Of a stretch of 56,735 bases of DNA, positions 1 through 11,639 are shown in pieces. The position numbers were made by a program, and so were the translations under genes. The number at the start of each line of letters is the position of its first letter. Position 1 is the stretch's first letter. Under the pieces are notes generated by a model. It was given only the letters and a program-made list of their open reading frames with translations, was not told the origin of the DNA and made no database searches. The stretch is from Phoronis australis (lineage: Eukaryota > Animalia > Phoronida): the NCBI GenBank assembly GCA_002633005.1, contig NMRA01000079.1, forward strand, positions 1 through 56,735, in the 5' to 3' direction.

Positions 1-187
1 GAGAATGCATTGCACAAACCAGAATATAACGATAAGCAAAAGAACAATACTTACATCATGAAAACCCTGCAATCTCGACAACGAAACCAATGACATGCTT
101 ACATTGCACACAGATACGAAATACGAAATACGAATGAATGGAACTGGCGGGTAGAACGCTTTTAAATGTCAGTACCACGTGACAAGT

Positions 188-1198
188 TCACAATCTGGGG
201 GGTACTTGAAAATGAGTACAACAGGAAACAATACTTAATATACACAGGCAATATGAATGATTGCGTCTGCAGTAACACCGGTCATAAGGCAAATGGCTTG
301 TTGTATAGTTGCTATGGTGTGCAATGCACACAGACGACAGCTCGCGACATTGCTGGTGCTGTCCCGAAAAACAGTGAGTAACATTGTTCACCGCAGCAGC
401 TCTAACTTTCAAAAATTCATCTCTTCCGGTTTTTATGTTTTTTAGGTTGATGAGCTTTTTTCGCACTCTGGCTCTCACAGCAGATGGAAGTTTTCTCTTG
501 TAACAAGTCTTGTTATGTGACCTGGGCAAACTTTTCAAGTCCGCTTTGTTCACGCTTTTTTCCATTCGCCTCAGTCTGTGAATGAAGCATTTATAGTGTT
601 TAGGTTTTTTCTTTTGGCACTGTAGAAATCACGGATGGCCTTTGGTTCTTGGCTGCTGGCATCGGTCGTAATGCTCCTGATATTCAGGTCCACACCACTG
701 TTTTCTGAGGCTGGATTGCAACAGTGTGCGTTCACTTGATGCAATTGATTTCTCAGCTGTGTATTTTTTGCTGCAGTGTTCATGCTTGCACTCGGGAATC
801 CTGCAGTGTTTGTTCGCCGTGGCAAGGGCCAGTGGAAGTTTTCGGGTCGTTGTGTGCTCAACAAGTACACCAAAGCTCTGCTTAGCTTTCTCGCAGCCAC
901 CCTGTGGCCTACTGGAGTAGGAAACGTCAAACTGAACGTCTGCAACACCTTCACCGCCAGCCAGATTGGTGACTTTTTTAATGTAGCGCTGGTTCTCAAT
1001 CATTTGTTCTTCGTTCAGTTGAGTTACTGTTTGGCTTATGGCATTAATTTTATTCTGCAGGCTGCGATTGGATGGTGGCACAATATTCAAGCATGTCAGA
1101 ATGTTGATTACATCCTCAATTCCCACTTTTGACTTTAGCACAGGCAATACAGCCTGCTGGTTGGCTCCAGCTGGTGGCCCAGTCATCTGCTGCTTACA
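188..1198 (-). mobile_element. Degenerate Mutator-like (MULE) DDE transposase fragment, frameshifted
   Basis: Three overlapping minus ORFs join into ...ILTCLNIVPPSNRSLQ...VQFDVSY (first D)...SITTDAS (second D)...CFIH (CxxH motif, plus-strand gtgaatgaagca ~578-589)...HCFSGQHQQC. This layout is typical of invertebrate Mutator-like transposases. The upstream end is cut at the Gypsy LTR. Confidence 0.7.
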
Positions 1199-1309
1199 TG
1201 TAGTTAAGCCGTGAGTTTGGTTTTGTTCGGACAACTACAACACTGTGTTCAAGTCGTTTATTACAATGATGGCGGACAATCTAACGTATACAGAGTGAGG
1301 CTCCCAACA
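1199..1309 (-). repeat. Short 3' LTR of the Gypsy element
   Basis: On the minus strand the polypurine tract AAAGGAAAAAGGA (plus 1310-1322) is followed immediately by TGTTGGG at 1309. AATAAA lies inside (plus 1257-1262). The LTR ends in ...ACA at 1199, with 1224 as an alternative end. Confidence 0.65.
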
Positions 1310-1387
1310 TCCTTTTTCCTTTAAAAAAAGTTTCTTATGTATAGAAAGTCACTGAAAATACTTAGCGTACTTAAAACACTAAGAATT

Positions 1388-3768
1388 CTACATTGTCTCT
1401 ATCAGCATTCGTGGGGGTTTAGAGACACGCCCTGACCTGGTCGTATTGGGTTCCTTGAAGGTTTCAGATGATGAATCTGGCATGGGCTGACTGGCATCCT
1501 TGACAGAATCATAAGTGGCTCCAGAAGGTAGTAGTGGGTTGGCAATGGGTTGGGAAGGTGGACGGGGAACAGACGTTAGGTTTGACATTTGGGGCTCTTC
1601 TTCTGTATCGGGTAAGGTTGGTTGTGGCGTATGTGTGTTGGATGCTTGCGGGTTCCATGATTTAGGAACAAGTGTTCCTTGTGGTGGTGGAGCCGCTAAT
1701 CTTACATGACGTCTGTTCCGTCGCGAAATGCCGGTTGGCGTGTCTACAATGTAAGACCGTGGGGTTGGAATTTCCGTCACGATTCCATATTGCCACGGTT
1801 GTGATTTTTTGTGAGGCGATGGTTTGACGTAGACAAAGTCGCCAACACGCACTAAGTCATTCTCGGATCTGTTGGTTTCCAAACGTTTGTCATATGAGAC
1901 CTTAGCCTGGGTCTTTTTTAGCTACAATGTTAGGGACTTGGGACTGGTGGTGGCAAATGGGTAGGAGTTGCTTACGGGATATGGGTAAAAGACCTCGAAT
2001 GCGTCTTCCCATGCTACGCTGTGCCGGGCTAAGGGAGTGGCCCTGCGGTGGTGTGTTCCTATGATTGGGCAATGCCAGTTGCAAGTTGGGCTTTCCAGCC
2101 TTTTTCAGCATTGATTTGATAATTTTGACAGAGGCTTCAGCCTTCGCGTTGCCTTGAGGCCAGTAAGGAGAGCTAGTTATATGTTGTATGTTGTGTTTAT
2201 AACACATGGCTTCAAAATCACATGCAATGAACTGAGGGGCATTATGTGTCAATAAAATTTCAAGTATCCCATGAAGTGCTTGATGTTCTTCCGTTTTGTC
2301 AACTATTGTACTAGCTAGTGTGTTGTCTAGTTCATCGACTTCAATGAAGTCTGAGTAATGGTCTACTGTTATGAAATAGTTGTTTGACTCGAAAGTACAC
2401 AGGTCTTGGCTAACAAACTGCCAGTGATAGGATGGAACAGGTTGGGTCATCATGGGGCCTTTAGTGTTCTGAGCTTTGAACTGAGCACATTTACCACATG
2501 CTTCAGCCATGTCGCGTATTTCGCTCTTCATTCCAGGCCAGAACAAAATGTCCTTACACATGCGTACGTTGGACTCTGGACCAAAATGTGCAATGTGAAT
2601 CTTGTTGAGCATCTGTTTACGAAGAGGTTGTGCTATAACTATCTGAGACCCTCGATAGACAACTCCGTCAAAAACGCTCAGTTCGTCCCTGAACGTCCAA
2701 AGAGGGAAAAAACCAGTCTCTAACAACGACTTTTGGTCTGGCCAGCCTGTGATAATTGTTCTGGTAAGAGACATCATAAGAGACATCATAACAGGGTCTG
2801 TTTAGGTGTGACGTTTTATTTTATCAAATGTTTGTGATTTAAAACAAGCAATTGTGCTCATTGCGTCTTCTTCTAGGTTGAGGCGAAACACCTCAAGATT
2901 GGTTTGTGTACAGTCATTGACAGTGTCTAATGTTGCCCTTGAAAGGGTATCTGCAATGTACATCGTGGACCCCTTTTTATGAACAACCCTGACATTATAT
3001 CGTTGGAGTCTCATCATCATTAGCTGAAGTCTTTGGGGAGCACAATGAAGAGGCTTCTTGAAGATTGTTTCGAGAGGTTGGTGGTCGCTGTGGATGGTAA
3101 CTCTTTGGCCATAAAGCCAAAGGTCCCATTTGTCGCAAGCTGCTACGATTGCCAGACATTCCTTTTCCATTACTGACCAATTTTCCTCTTTCGGGCGCAT
3201 TTTGCAGGAGGTAAAAGTCACTGGCTGAAGTTTTCCGGTGTCATTGGGCTGCAAAAGCGAGCCACACAGACCTCCTTTGGTGGCGTCTACTTGTAGTGTG
3301 ATATCTTTTGCTCTGTCAAAGAAGGCGAGACAGGGCGCTGTAGATATGAGGTTCTTTGCTGCCATAAAGGCTGTTTGAAGTTTGTCTGACCATATGAATT
3401 CTTGGCCATCTCTCGTGAGTTCAAAAAGTGGTTGTATGGTTTGTGAAAGATTAGGACAGAACTGTTGAGGTAGTTAACCATGCCACAGAATCTTAGTAGA
3501 GCTTTCTTGTCATTTGGGACGTGAATGTCCGTGATGGCTCTGACCTTATTGGGGTCAACCTGGACGCCTTGTTCTGTGAGCACAGAACTCATGAATGAGA
3601 TTGTTTGCATTTTGTATTGTATCTTCTCAGGGTTAAGGGACAACACTCTTATGTCATGGGTACGATCAGCCTCTTCCCGAGAGTTTACCTTGACCTACAA
3701 CAAGTATGTCATCTGCTATGGAGTATATGCCTTCTAGGCCTGCCAAGGCCTCATGTATTCTAAGCTGG
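1388..3768 (-). mobile_element. Ty3/Gypsy LTR retrotransposon pol (RT-RNase H-integrase), 5'-truncated and frameshifted
   Basis: RT: QLRIHEALAGLEGIYSIADDILVVG (~3690-3768) and LNPEKIQY...DPNKVRAI. RNase H: LQVDATKGGLCGSLLQ...EKECLAIVAAC...HSDHQPLE. Integrase: HIAHFG...CGKC, VDHYSDFIEV, SSPYWPQGNAKAE. C-terminus: PRSYIV...RRNRRHVR...TTRSGRVSKPP. Confidence 0.93.
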
Positions 3769-4041
3769 AGTGAGAACTGTTCTGTGCCTCCAAAAAACTA
3801 TGGCTGGAAAACACATTCAAAAACCAAGGTCACGTTGGTAACGAGGGAATCAGGGGTACAACTTAAGGGGGATATTTCACATGCGCACAACTACCCATAC
3901 TTATACACTGTGAACCCCAATGACTGCGAAAACAACATAGTGCCCTAATGACTCTTTTTGACCCAAAGACGCATGGCGCTGGTCGAGACCACTGCGATTA
4001 ATTGAGCTGCTCAATATAACACCAAACTGGGTAACCAGCCA

Positions 4042-4208
4042 ATTACCATCTTTTCTAATAACCAAGTAGCAATAAAACATAAAAGAAACCAAAGATCTCT
4101 TTGCGTTTATGCTTGCGCTACTAACAGGCCTATTTTAGGGCAGTGCCATGCTTTGATTTCTTGTTTCTTTTTGGTTTTATTGCTGCTTGGTTATTAGAAG
4201 ATGGTAAT
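4042..4208. repeat. Inverted repeat / MITE-like hairpin (~55 bp arms)
   Basis: attaccatcttttctaataaccaagtagcaataaaacataaaagaaacc (from 4042) is the near reverse complement of gatttcttgtttctttttggttttattgctgcttggttattagaagatggtaat (to 4208). Confidence 0.75.
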
Positions 4209-5737
4209 AGGGAAGTCCCAGATTACTCAGAGACACTCCAATCTCGCAGTATTTACCCACAATGGCGTAAACATCCGCCAGGCACATTTGCTGCCTCGTT
4301 TTTGGGCTACCGGAGTTACACGTGTTACTGGTATTGTCTAAAGTTTTTTTTCGGTTGTATTACCCTATTCGTCCCTCCAATGCCAACGAAGTATTGCTGC
4401 TGTGTTGTGGGACGTAAAGAAGGCTTGAAACTGAGATACGTCTACATTCTAGCACCAGCACGTTAGGGAGAAAGATTGCCTAGCCTGACTATAGAGCCCC
4501 CAATGACTCTAACTAAAAAACGGTTTCGTTATTGGACACGATCAATTTTCCCATAACGACAGCACACCTATCAGTAATAATGGGTTTCTATTAAAGCATT
4601 TGTTTATTTCGACATCGTTCAACACACGAAGATAAAAGGCTTTGTTTTTTGTCCGGCGACCCGTTTTACTGGTCCGAGGTAAAACACTTTCTTATTAAAA
4701 TAACGAGTTTATGATACTTGATTGCATTTTTAGATTTTCAGACAATATTTAATTTCTAAACACACCAATTCAAGTTTTGAGCTATCCTGCTTTCATCAAG
4801 ATTTGCCTCTACATTCAGGATTTGTTATTAAAAGTTTTCGATTTTGTATCAAACTCTTGAAATTATCGGAAATTGAATTACGTGAACAGCCATGATATCC
4901 TAAATGTCTTCATCCTTAGTGAGCACGACGCAAAAGACTGACGTCCTCGACATGTAGGTTTAGAAATGTCAAACGTCACCAGTTTGGTCATGTTCCCTTT
5001 CCTCTCTAAATGTGCCCAAGTATCAGCTACGATATTTCCAGTAAAATATTTGGAAATTGCGTATGCTTCCCAATACAGCCTCGTCCTTCCCATTTCTCAT
5101 CTTTCTTCCTCATTTTCAGACCTGTTCTTTCCATTTGAACCCGGAACCGTCTTTTCCACCCATTCCCATGTTTCATGTGGAATGACCAAGCCTGAAGATT
5201 ATTTCTCGTGGAAGAAACGCGTGCTTGTTTATCAACCTCTTAGTGTTCATGTAAGTAAGTCGACAGACCACCATAGGCTTTCCGTGCTTTATTTATCCCA
5301 GCATATTATTTCAAGTATTGTATGTTCAATAATCATATGTGAGATTTGTCAAGTTAGTGTATCTGCCTGTCTGCTTATCTTTCTGTATGTCCACCCGTCT
5401 TTGTTTTTTCTAAGAGGAGGCTTGACACCAGTTGTACGGAACTGCCTCCGAATTGGCTCATCCGGTGATTTGCGCCACCCTTTTTAACGCACGTGCTTCC
5501 ACTCCAGTTTACCCCAGCATGCTTTGCATTCAACACTTCCTCTAGATGACAAGTTTCCGACAGCGACAAAGTCGTTGAAAATTCTACATGTTAAATGGAC
5601 ACAGTCCGAAAGAGTACAATTTGGGAGTTAATTTTGGATACCGATTCCTAGAATTTATTATCTCTGACCAGAGCTGCTTAGCGGCAACATGTACTATGAT
5701 TTTGTAATTTTTTTTACAAATCGTCAATTCGTTATAA

Positions 5738-6200
5738 ATAGACCCATTAAAATCCAAAGCGAGGCTCACTGCGATAAACTAAGCCAATGTTGACATTGCG
5801 TGAGTTAAATAGCCGGTCTTTCGAGTTCAACCTGGATATTAAATTTTCATAATGTGTCGACAATTAACCACAGAGAGGTAGAAAATTACATTAAAGAACA
5901 AGTTAAGGCGCCAAAAAGTTGTCTGACGAAAGGGTTGTATTTTTTTCGGAAAACTAGGTTCGAAACAAGAAAAGTAAATATGACCAAATTGCGGCTATCT
6001 TAGTGTTACGAATTAGGTATTATGCTGAATGCAGGGTTACGTTTTTTCTTGTAAATTGTTGATCAAAATACTTTCTACGCGAACCAGGTCATCTGCTCGT
6101 ATTGTTGACGAGTTGAAGACATATTCGACAGTGGTGGCTGTCATGTGCAATTAGTCACATCTGGTTTAATTTGTTGATCAAGAATATTAACATCAAGCAT
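5738..6200 (+). mobile_element. Non-autonomous DNA-element fragment with ATAGACCC terminus; inverted copy at ~33350-33857
   Basis: Long colinear identity with the reverse complement of 33350-33857, e.g. aaaatccaaagcg, aaaactaggttcgaaaca, gaaccaggtcatctg, tcatgtgcaattagtcacatctggtttaatttgttgatcaa. Confidence 0.75.
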
Positions 6201-6820
6201 AGCCTCATCCTATGCACTCACTGGGACTAACAGTTGATTTGTCATTGATCTGAAAGAATAATTGATGTTATTAAATATATTTTTTAGGAAAATAAAAAAC
6301 CAGGCTCGTAAATGAAAATAAAAAAAAATATTTGACTATCAATTCTGCTTTCTTGGTTGTAATAATTCTTACGTTTATTTCATGTGTTAGGTTTCAAATA
6401 TCAATCTGGACCAAGTTGAATTTTAAAATTAAAACACCTAATTCGTTCGTCCAAAGCATAACCTCGTTTTAAAACTCAATTTCAGTTAACTGGACAAAGC
6501 AATCATAGTTATCATGTTTCTCCAGGAGCCTCGTTCATCCGAGAGAAGCAATTTTTTCGCCGAGTGAGGCCGGGAACAATCTACCTCCCGATCACCATCA
6601 ATAGCACCCCCGCCTTGTTGCAAGCTCTCATAGGCTCTGTCTCAATTTAAAGTAGCCTTTTGTGTTCTTAAAAATTGTCACCCGTGTGGTTACAGGTGAT
6701 GTGATTAACTCGGAGAGATTTTTACTAGGGGAATTTTTATGCCTCGTGGGGGAATTTCGCGTGAAATCCCTTTTGAAACAGGGCCGGTAGTCCAGTTTCT
6801 AGTGTCTGAAGAAAAAGGCA

Positions 6821-7227
6821 CAGGGTGTGTCCCAAAAATATACACACTTCAACGCCTGGAGTACAAATTCAGTTGCCAGTATCACTAAGATTCTGCGCGG
6901 GCCTACTGCACTGTTACACCTTATTTTTAACGTGGGTGCGTCAAACACGACGTGCTCCGTCTGTGTAGCATGCACTGAAAATGCAAGCAAACCATTTAGT
7001 TTTGAAGAAAAAAAATTCATTGCTCAATACTACTGAGAACTAAAAACATCAAGGAAGTACAAAGACAACCTTTCAAAGTTAATAAACAATGAGTTTAATT
7101 TTACTTATTTAAAAACTTGAGCTTCTTTTTCGATCTATTGTTTGTGACTTTAAACTAGCAATCTAGTTCTAAGATCAATAAACACTGTTTTGTCAATTGA
7201 ATATTGAGAACATCTTGGGACACTTTG
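6821..7227. mobile_element. Tc1/mariner-like MITE
   Basis: Imperfect TIRs CAGGGTGTGTCCCAAAA ... CTTGGGACACTTTG. The right side is followed by TA, while the left flank is CA (possibly a mutated TA). Confidence 0.45.
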
Positions 7228-7614
7228 TAGAGTTGTTCCTTGCAATATGCTTGATACTTATTTCAGATGGACAAAAAATCGCTTAATAGTATACTTTGAT
7301 ATTTGGGGATTTGTTGTTAGTTCGAGTTTTTCCAATGTAAGCCTGCAACTAAGTTCAGCGAAGCAGTTTCTTACAAGATTAGTTTCAGTTATTCAAAAAT
7401 CGTTTATCAATCATTCAATTTTCGTAGATCCATAAATAAGAAACCAACAATCGATTCCATGACAAATTCGTTTACCTTGATTTAATGACTTGATTCCTCT
7501 TTGATCCCCTGTTTGTGAGTTTAAACGACAAATCTCTTACCTAAGTCAAAAAGCAAGGTATTTATTGCCATTGCCCGCTTTCTACGGTCCTGTGAAGGGA
7601 TTCCCCGAGTAAAG

Positions 7615-8753
7615 AAGGTCGAGTCGATAGCACTGTTTATGCTTTTCTAATCTTCGTAAGAAATAATTTGATTACAAAAAAATGCAGTTTCATAGCTCAG
7701 GCACAACTCATCTTGTCCTAGGCAAGCAGTTAGCTCCAATAGGTCTCGAGCTGTGTCTAAGTCCAGTTACTGCACGAAATTGTCCATAATTAAGTGCACC
7801 ATTATGACCTTTAAGTTAGGCTTACATTCTCATGAACTTCACATGTTGTGTAACTTCATTTCGTTTTATTTAATTTTAAACGAAGCATGATCACTAAGCT
7901 GTTGTATGTTTAAAAAAGATGACAAGTCAATGGTGTCAAAAATATATATTTACAAAAATAACCCAAATTCTTTTTTTAACCTTCATAAATCCAGGTATCA
8001 TGTTTAAACAACTACAAAATGTACTATCTACAGGAGTAGTGTAAACTAGGTAACTTATGAGTTTACTTTTGTTTCGTGACAACAGCTCCAACGAGGCTTT
8101 GAAATCAGTAATCCAGTGCCCCTCCTGTGGCGATGGAATCTGAAAATTTTAGAGAGTTCAGTTGAACGCTCGCATAAGGGTATATGATTAAAAAATGCAC
8201 CTCACTTTTGCTACGAAACAAAACGATGTCCATTCGGACGAAATGAATGAAAAATAATCAAAATGTCCTTAAAACAACTATTTCCGAGGACTACCGCTAG
8301 GGCTAATGCTGGGATCAGCAGGTACCAAGACTAAGGCGGCGAGACGAGCGAAACTTCGGAGTCAAAATCAGATAGGCCTGCACTATAGCCACCAAACTGG
8401 AACCTTCTAGTAATCAAGTAACACTGCCCAGTTCAGCTGCTCGTGTAGATGTCCACACAGTTTGATCCATCGTTTACACTTTTCGACCTCACTTTTCGGT
8501 TCAGGGGATACCCAAAAAGTGACGGGATATTCTTCTCCAGCTGCAGAATTATACAAGCCATAGACCTACACCGTCTCACCATTCCTATCGCAGAGATCCT
8601 TGAGTTATAGACTGTAATATATTTCTCCCGACAACGTGTTGTTTTTCGGGTGAAATATTGCCTTGGAAACGCAGACGAACGTGTAATTGTATCAAGAACG
8701 CTGAGTTCTGATAGGTAACTTAAACCGTCAGTCAAAATCCTGGCCATAGGTCA
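7615..8753 (+). mobile_element. Partial compact copy of the TGACC..GGTCA TIR element at 21981-30410
   Basis: 7615-8250 aligns with ~22510-23490 (catagctcagg, gtgacaacagctc, agtaatccagtgccc). 8280-8753 aligns with ~29896-30410 (ggactaccgctag, gaaacgcagacgaa, aatcctggc.ataggtca). It lacks the two internal insertions of the long copy. Confidence 0.8.
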
Positions 8754-9119
8754 ACTATTTTCTTGTAGTCTAGACACAGTTCTTATCCCTAATACAACCC
8801 AAATCCGGGCGTTTTGCCCGTGATTGTTAGCGTCCTTGCCAAGAAATGCAAACGGGTAAACTCGTTCGCCGGTCACAGTTTCCATAACTCACCATCCGGG
8901 ACTTTTTTCAATTGTCGCAGTGGTGTTATTTTTCCAGATGTCTCTTTTATTAGAAGAATTCGCCCAGTTGCATTTACTTACACGCTGGATAAGAATGACA
9001 TTTCACGTCACAACACATGGTTGAACGTTTCTTGATATAATGCAATAATCAAAGCTAACCAACCGACAAGTTGCCAAAACGTCAAACTACACAAGTTATA
9101 GACTTGAAAAAGTACTCTT

Positions 9120-11150
9120 CAACCACCTGCGAGACATATTGTATTTTAACAATGAGTCAGATGCAGAGCATGGTCTGGGAACGAAACGATTTTGTCTATG
9201 TCAAAGAGACAAAGTGTCATAACTCTTATACCCAAATTCAAAAACAGTGAGAAACTTTTGTTGTCAGATAACTGGAGTCCAATCTCCCTCTTAAATTGTG
9301 ACCACAAATTGATCACAAACACCATTACCAATACTATTTATAAGTACATAGACAACTTGATTCACCCTAATCAGACGTCATTACCTAAAAGGTATATTGG
9401 CCAAAATATTCGATTAGTTAAAGATTTGATGGAATATTACAAACAAAATAAACTAGATGGCCAAATTATATTCCTGGATTACAAGAAGGCATACGACACC
9501 TTAAATTTGGATTACTTGTTCAAAACTTTAAATAACCTTCAATTTTGGACAAGGGGTAATAAGTAAAATAAAATTTTGTATAGTAAAATCTCATCCTGTG
9601 TGTTAAAGAACGGTTTCACCACTCGGTATTTCGACATTGAAAGAGGCTTACGACAGTGTGATCCACTGGATTATAGAAGTAGATAAAATAATTAGAGATT
9701 TTATATGGTGTGGAAATCCACCAAAAATAAAGGAATCTGTCACTGTACTTCCATATGAAGAAGGAGAGTTGAAATATCCTAGTGTGTAAGTAATTAAAAA
9801 TAGCCCCATGTTTAATTGGGTCAAACGTTTAAATTCAGGAGGAAATGGAAGTTGGAAATTTTATCCCAAGTCTCTTTTAACTAAACTGGGTGGTGGCCTT
9901 ATTTCCTTCTCAAAATTCCGTTTAAGAAATTTGAAAATGTCAATTAACAATTCCTTTTATACTGAAATGCTGAAAAGCTCAGAGCCTTTGAATATAGCAG
10001 TTTTTAAGAAAATTCCTATTAACAAAAAAGTGTTGAGGAATAATCAAAACATTTTACTTAGCAATAAATCCGTATTTTGTCGGGAAATGTTTGAAGCGGG
10101 ACTGTTATTTTGCGAAGATTTTCTAGATAATGAAAATAAAATTCTTAGTTGGGATTTTATCAAAAATAAATACAATCTCAAGAATTTTTGTATATTGCAA
10201 TACATTGTTGTTGTTAGTGTATTGAGGAAGCATATTGGCGAACTAGAAGCAAGATCTATTGGTTGTAACAACTTTCATTTAATTAATTATAGCAGTTGTA
10301 GTAAAGATTGGTTTAAAAATTGTACTATACATACTTTTGCACAAAACCCCGACACTTATGTGCGGTTAAGTAATTATTATAATGAAAAAGAAATTAGAGA
10401 AATTTATTTTTTACCCTTTAGCCTCCCCATAAATCCTGAATTAAAAAACTTCAGGTACATCTTTACCCATAGAAGAATATTTACAAATATCACTTTATAC
10501 AAAATAGGGGTAGTTCATACTGATAATTACCCCTATTGTGATGAGTTACAGACTCTATTTCATATAATTTATTATTGCGCATGTGTCAGGACTTTCTGGG
10601 AATCAATGAAAACACTCTTAAATAAAGCCCTAAATACCCAATACATGTTTACGATATGGGACATATTAGATTTTGTTCAAAACCCTAATACAAACCACAA
10701 GTTAATTTGCAATATCATTAACACACTTGCACTTTACTTCATTTAGCAGTCATCAAAGGTAGAAAAGCCGATTTCAAGTTGAAATTACAAACTTTTATAA
10801 ACACAATTTTAACAGATACCTCAGACACAAATGTGCATAAATGGAGAGGTCTAAACGCATGCTTTTAATTAGTATTCTAGAAATGATCAAATTTGTACCG
10901 TTATTATCATTTTTATATGTATTTATGTTTGTACGTATTTATATAGAACCTAATTTCTTCAGACATCATTTCAACACGGCTTGAGTGTGTGCGACAATGG
11001 CGCGTGAAAGTCCTTCCCCCGCTCCCCTTTCCCTTTCCAGCAGCATTTTATTGCCTTACATATCTATTAGTTAATATTATATAGTTTTGTTAAAGCCAGA
11101 ACTGAGCCACCCAACCTCAGATTGGCTACGTGCTATTGTCTGGGCAATAA
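9120..11150 (+). mobile_element. L1/Tx1-clade LINE, 5'-truncated and internally deleted ORF2 plus 3' UTR
   Basis: SVITLIPK...NWSPISLLNCDHKLI, RYIGQNIRLV, IFLDYKKAYD, and C-terminal zf-RVT-like FTHRRIFTN...YCDELQTLFHIIYYC. AATAAA at ~11146. Confidence 0.9.
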
Positions 11151-11639
11151 ATGTATATAAACAAATGTTATGTTAACCAAGCGTCGTCATAAAAAATTGA
11201 GCAAGGTCTATGATTTATGAGCATAGCTCAGTTCGTACGATGCAGCAACATTAAGGAGATCCTTTGTCACCAGCAGTGCTGGGAATATAAACAGTCCGGT
11301 TAGGTGGTATGGTTATTCATTGAATTTCAATCAACGATCAATCAATGATAACTCTACTTACTTTATAACAACCACTTTCATTCTATCGAAACCGTTAATT
11401 AGCAGATTGATTTTCTGTTTAGCACAGGCACATTACCTAAGCATTCCATTAAACGTATTTATGTACAAATACATGTATCTGATCAATAGGTCAGAATCAA
11501 TGAACATCGAGCGTTTTCTTGGCAAGAGCTACTCTCAATTTTTGTTGACCTAAAGCGGATTTAACCCGTGTTCCGTCCAAGAACTGAAATTGATTTTGGC
11601 CACTCACCGCTGTAAAACTGGACTCAACATTTTTGAGGC

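Noticed and set aside
4878-5569. ORF 4966..5487 (+, 173 aa) and broken minus-strand frames
   Set aside because: No recognisable motif, and the minus strand has many stops. It may be a decayed gene, but I cannot support a call.
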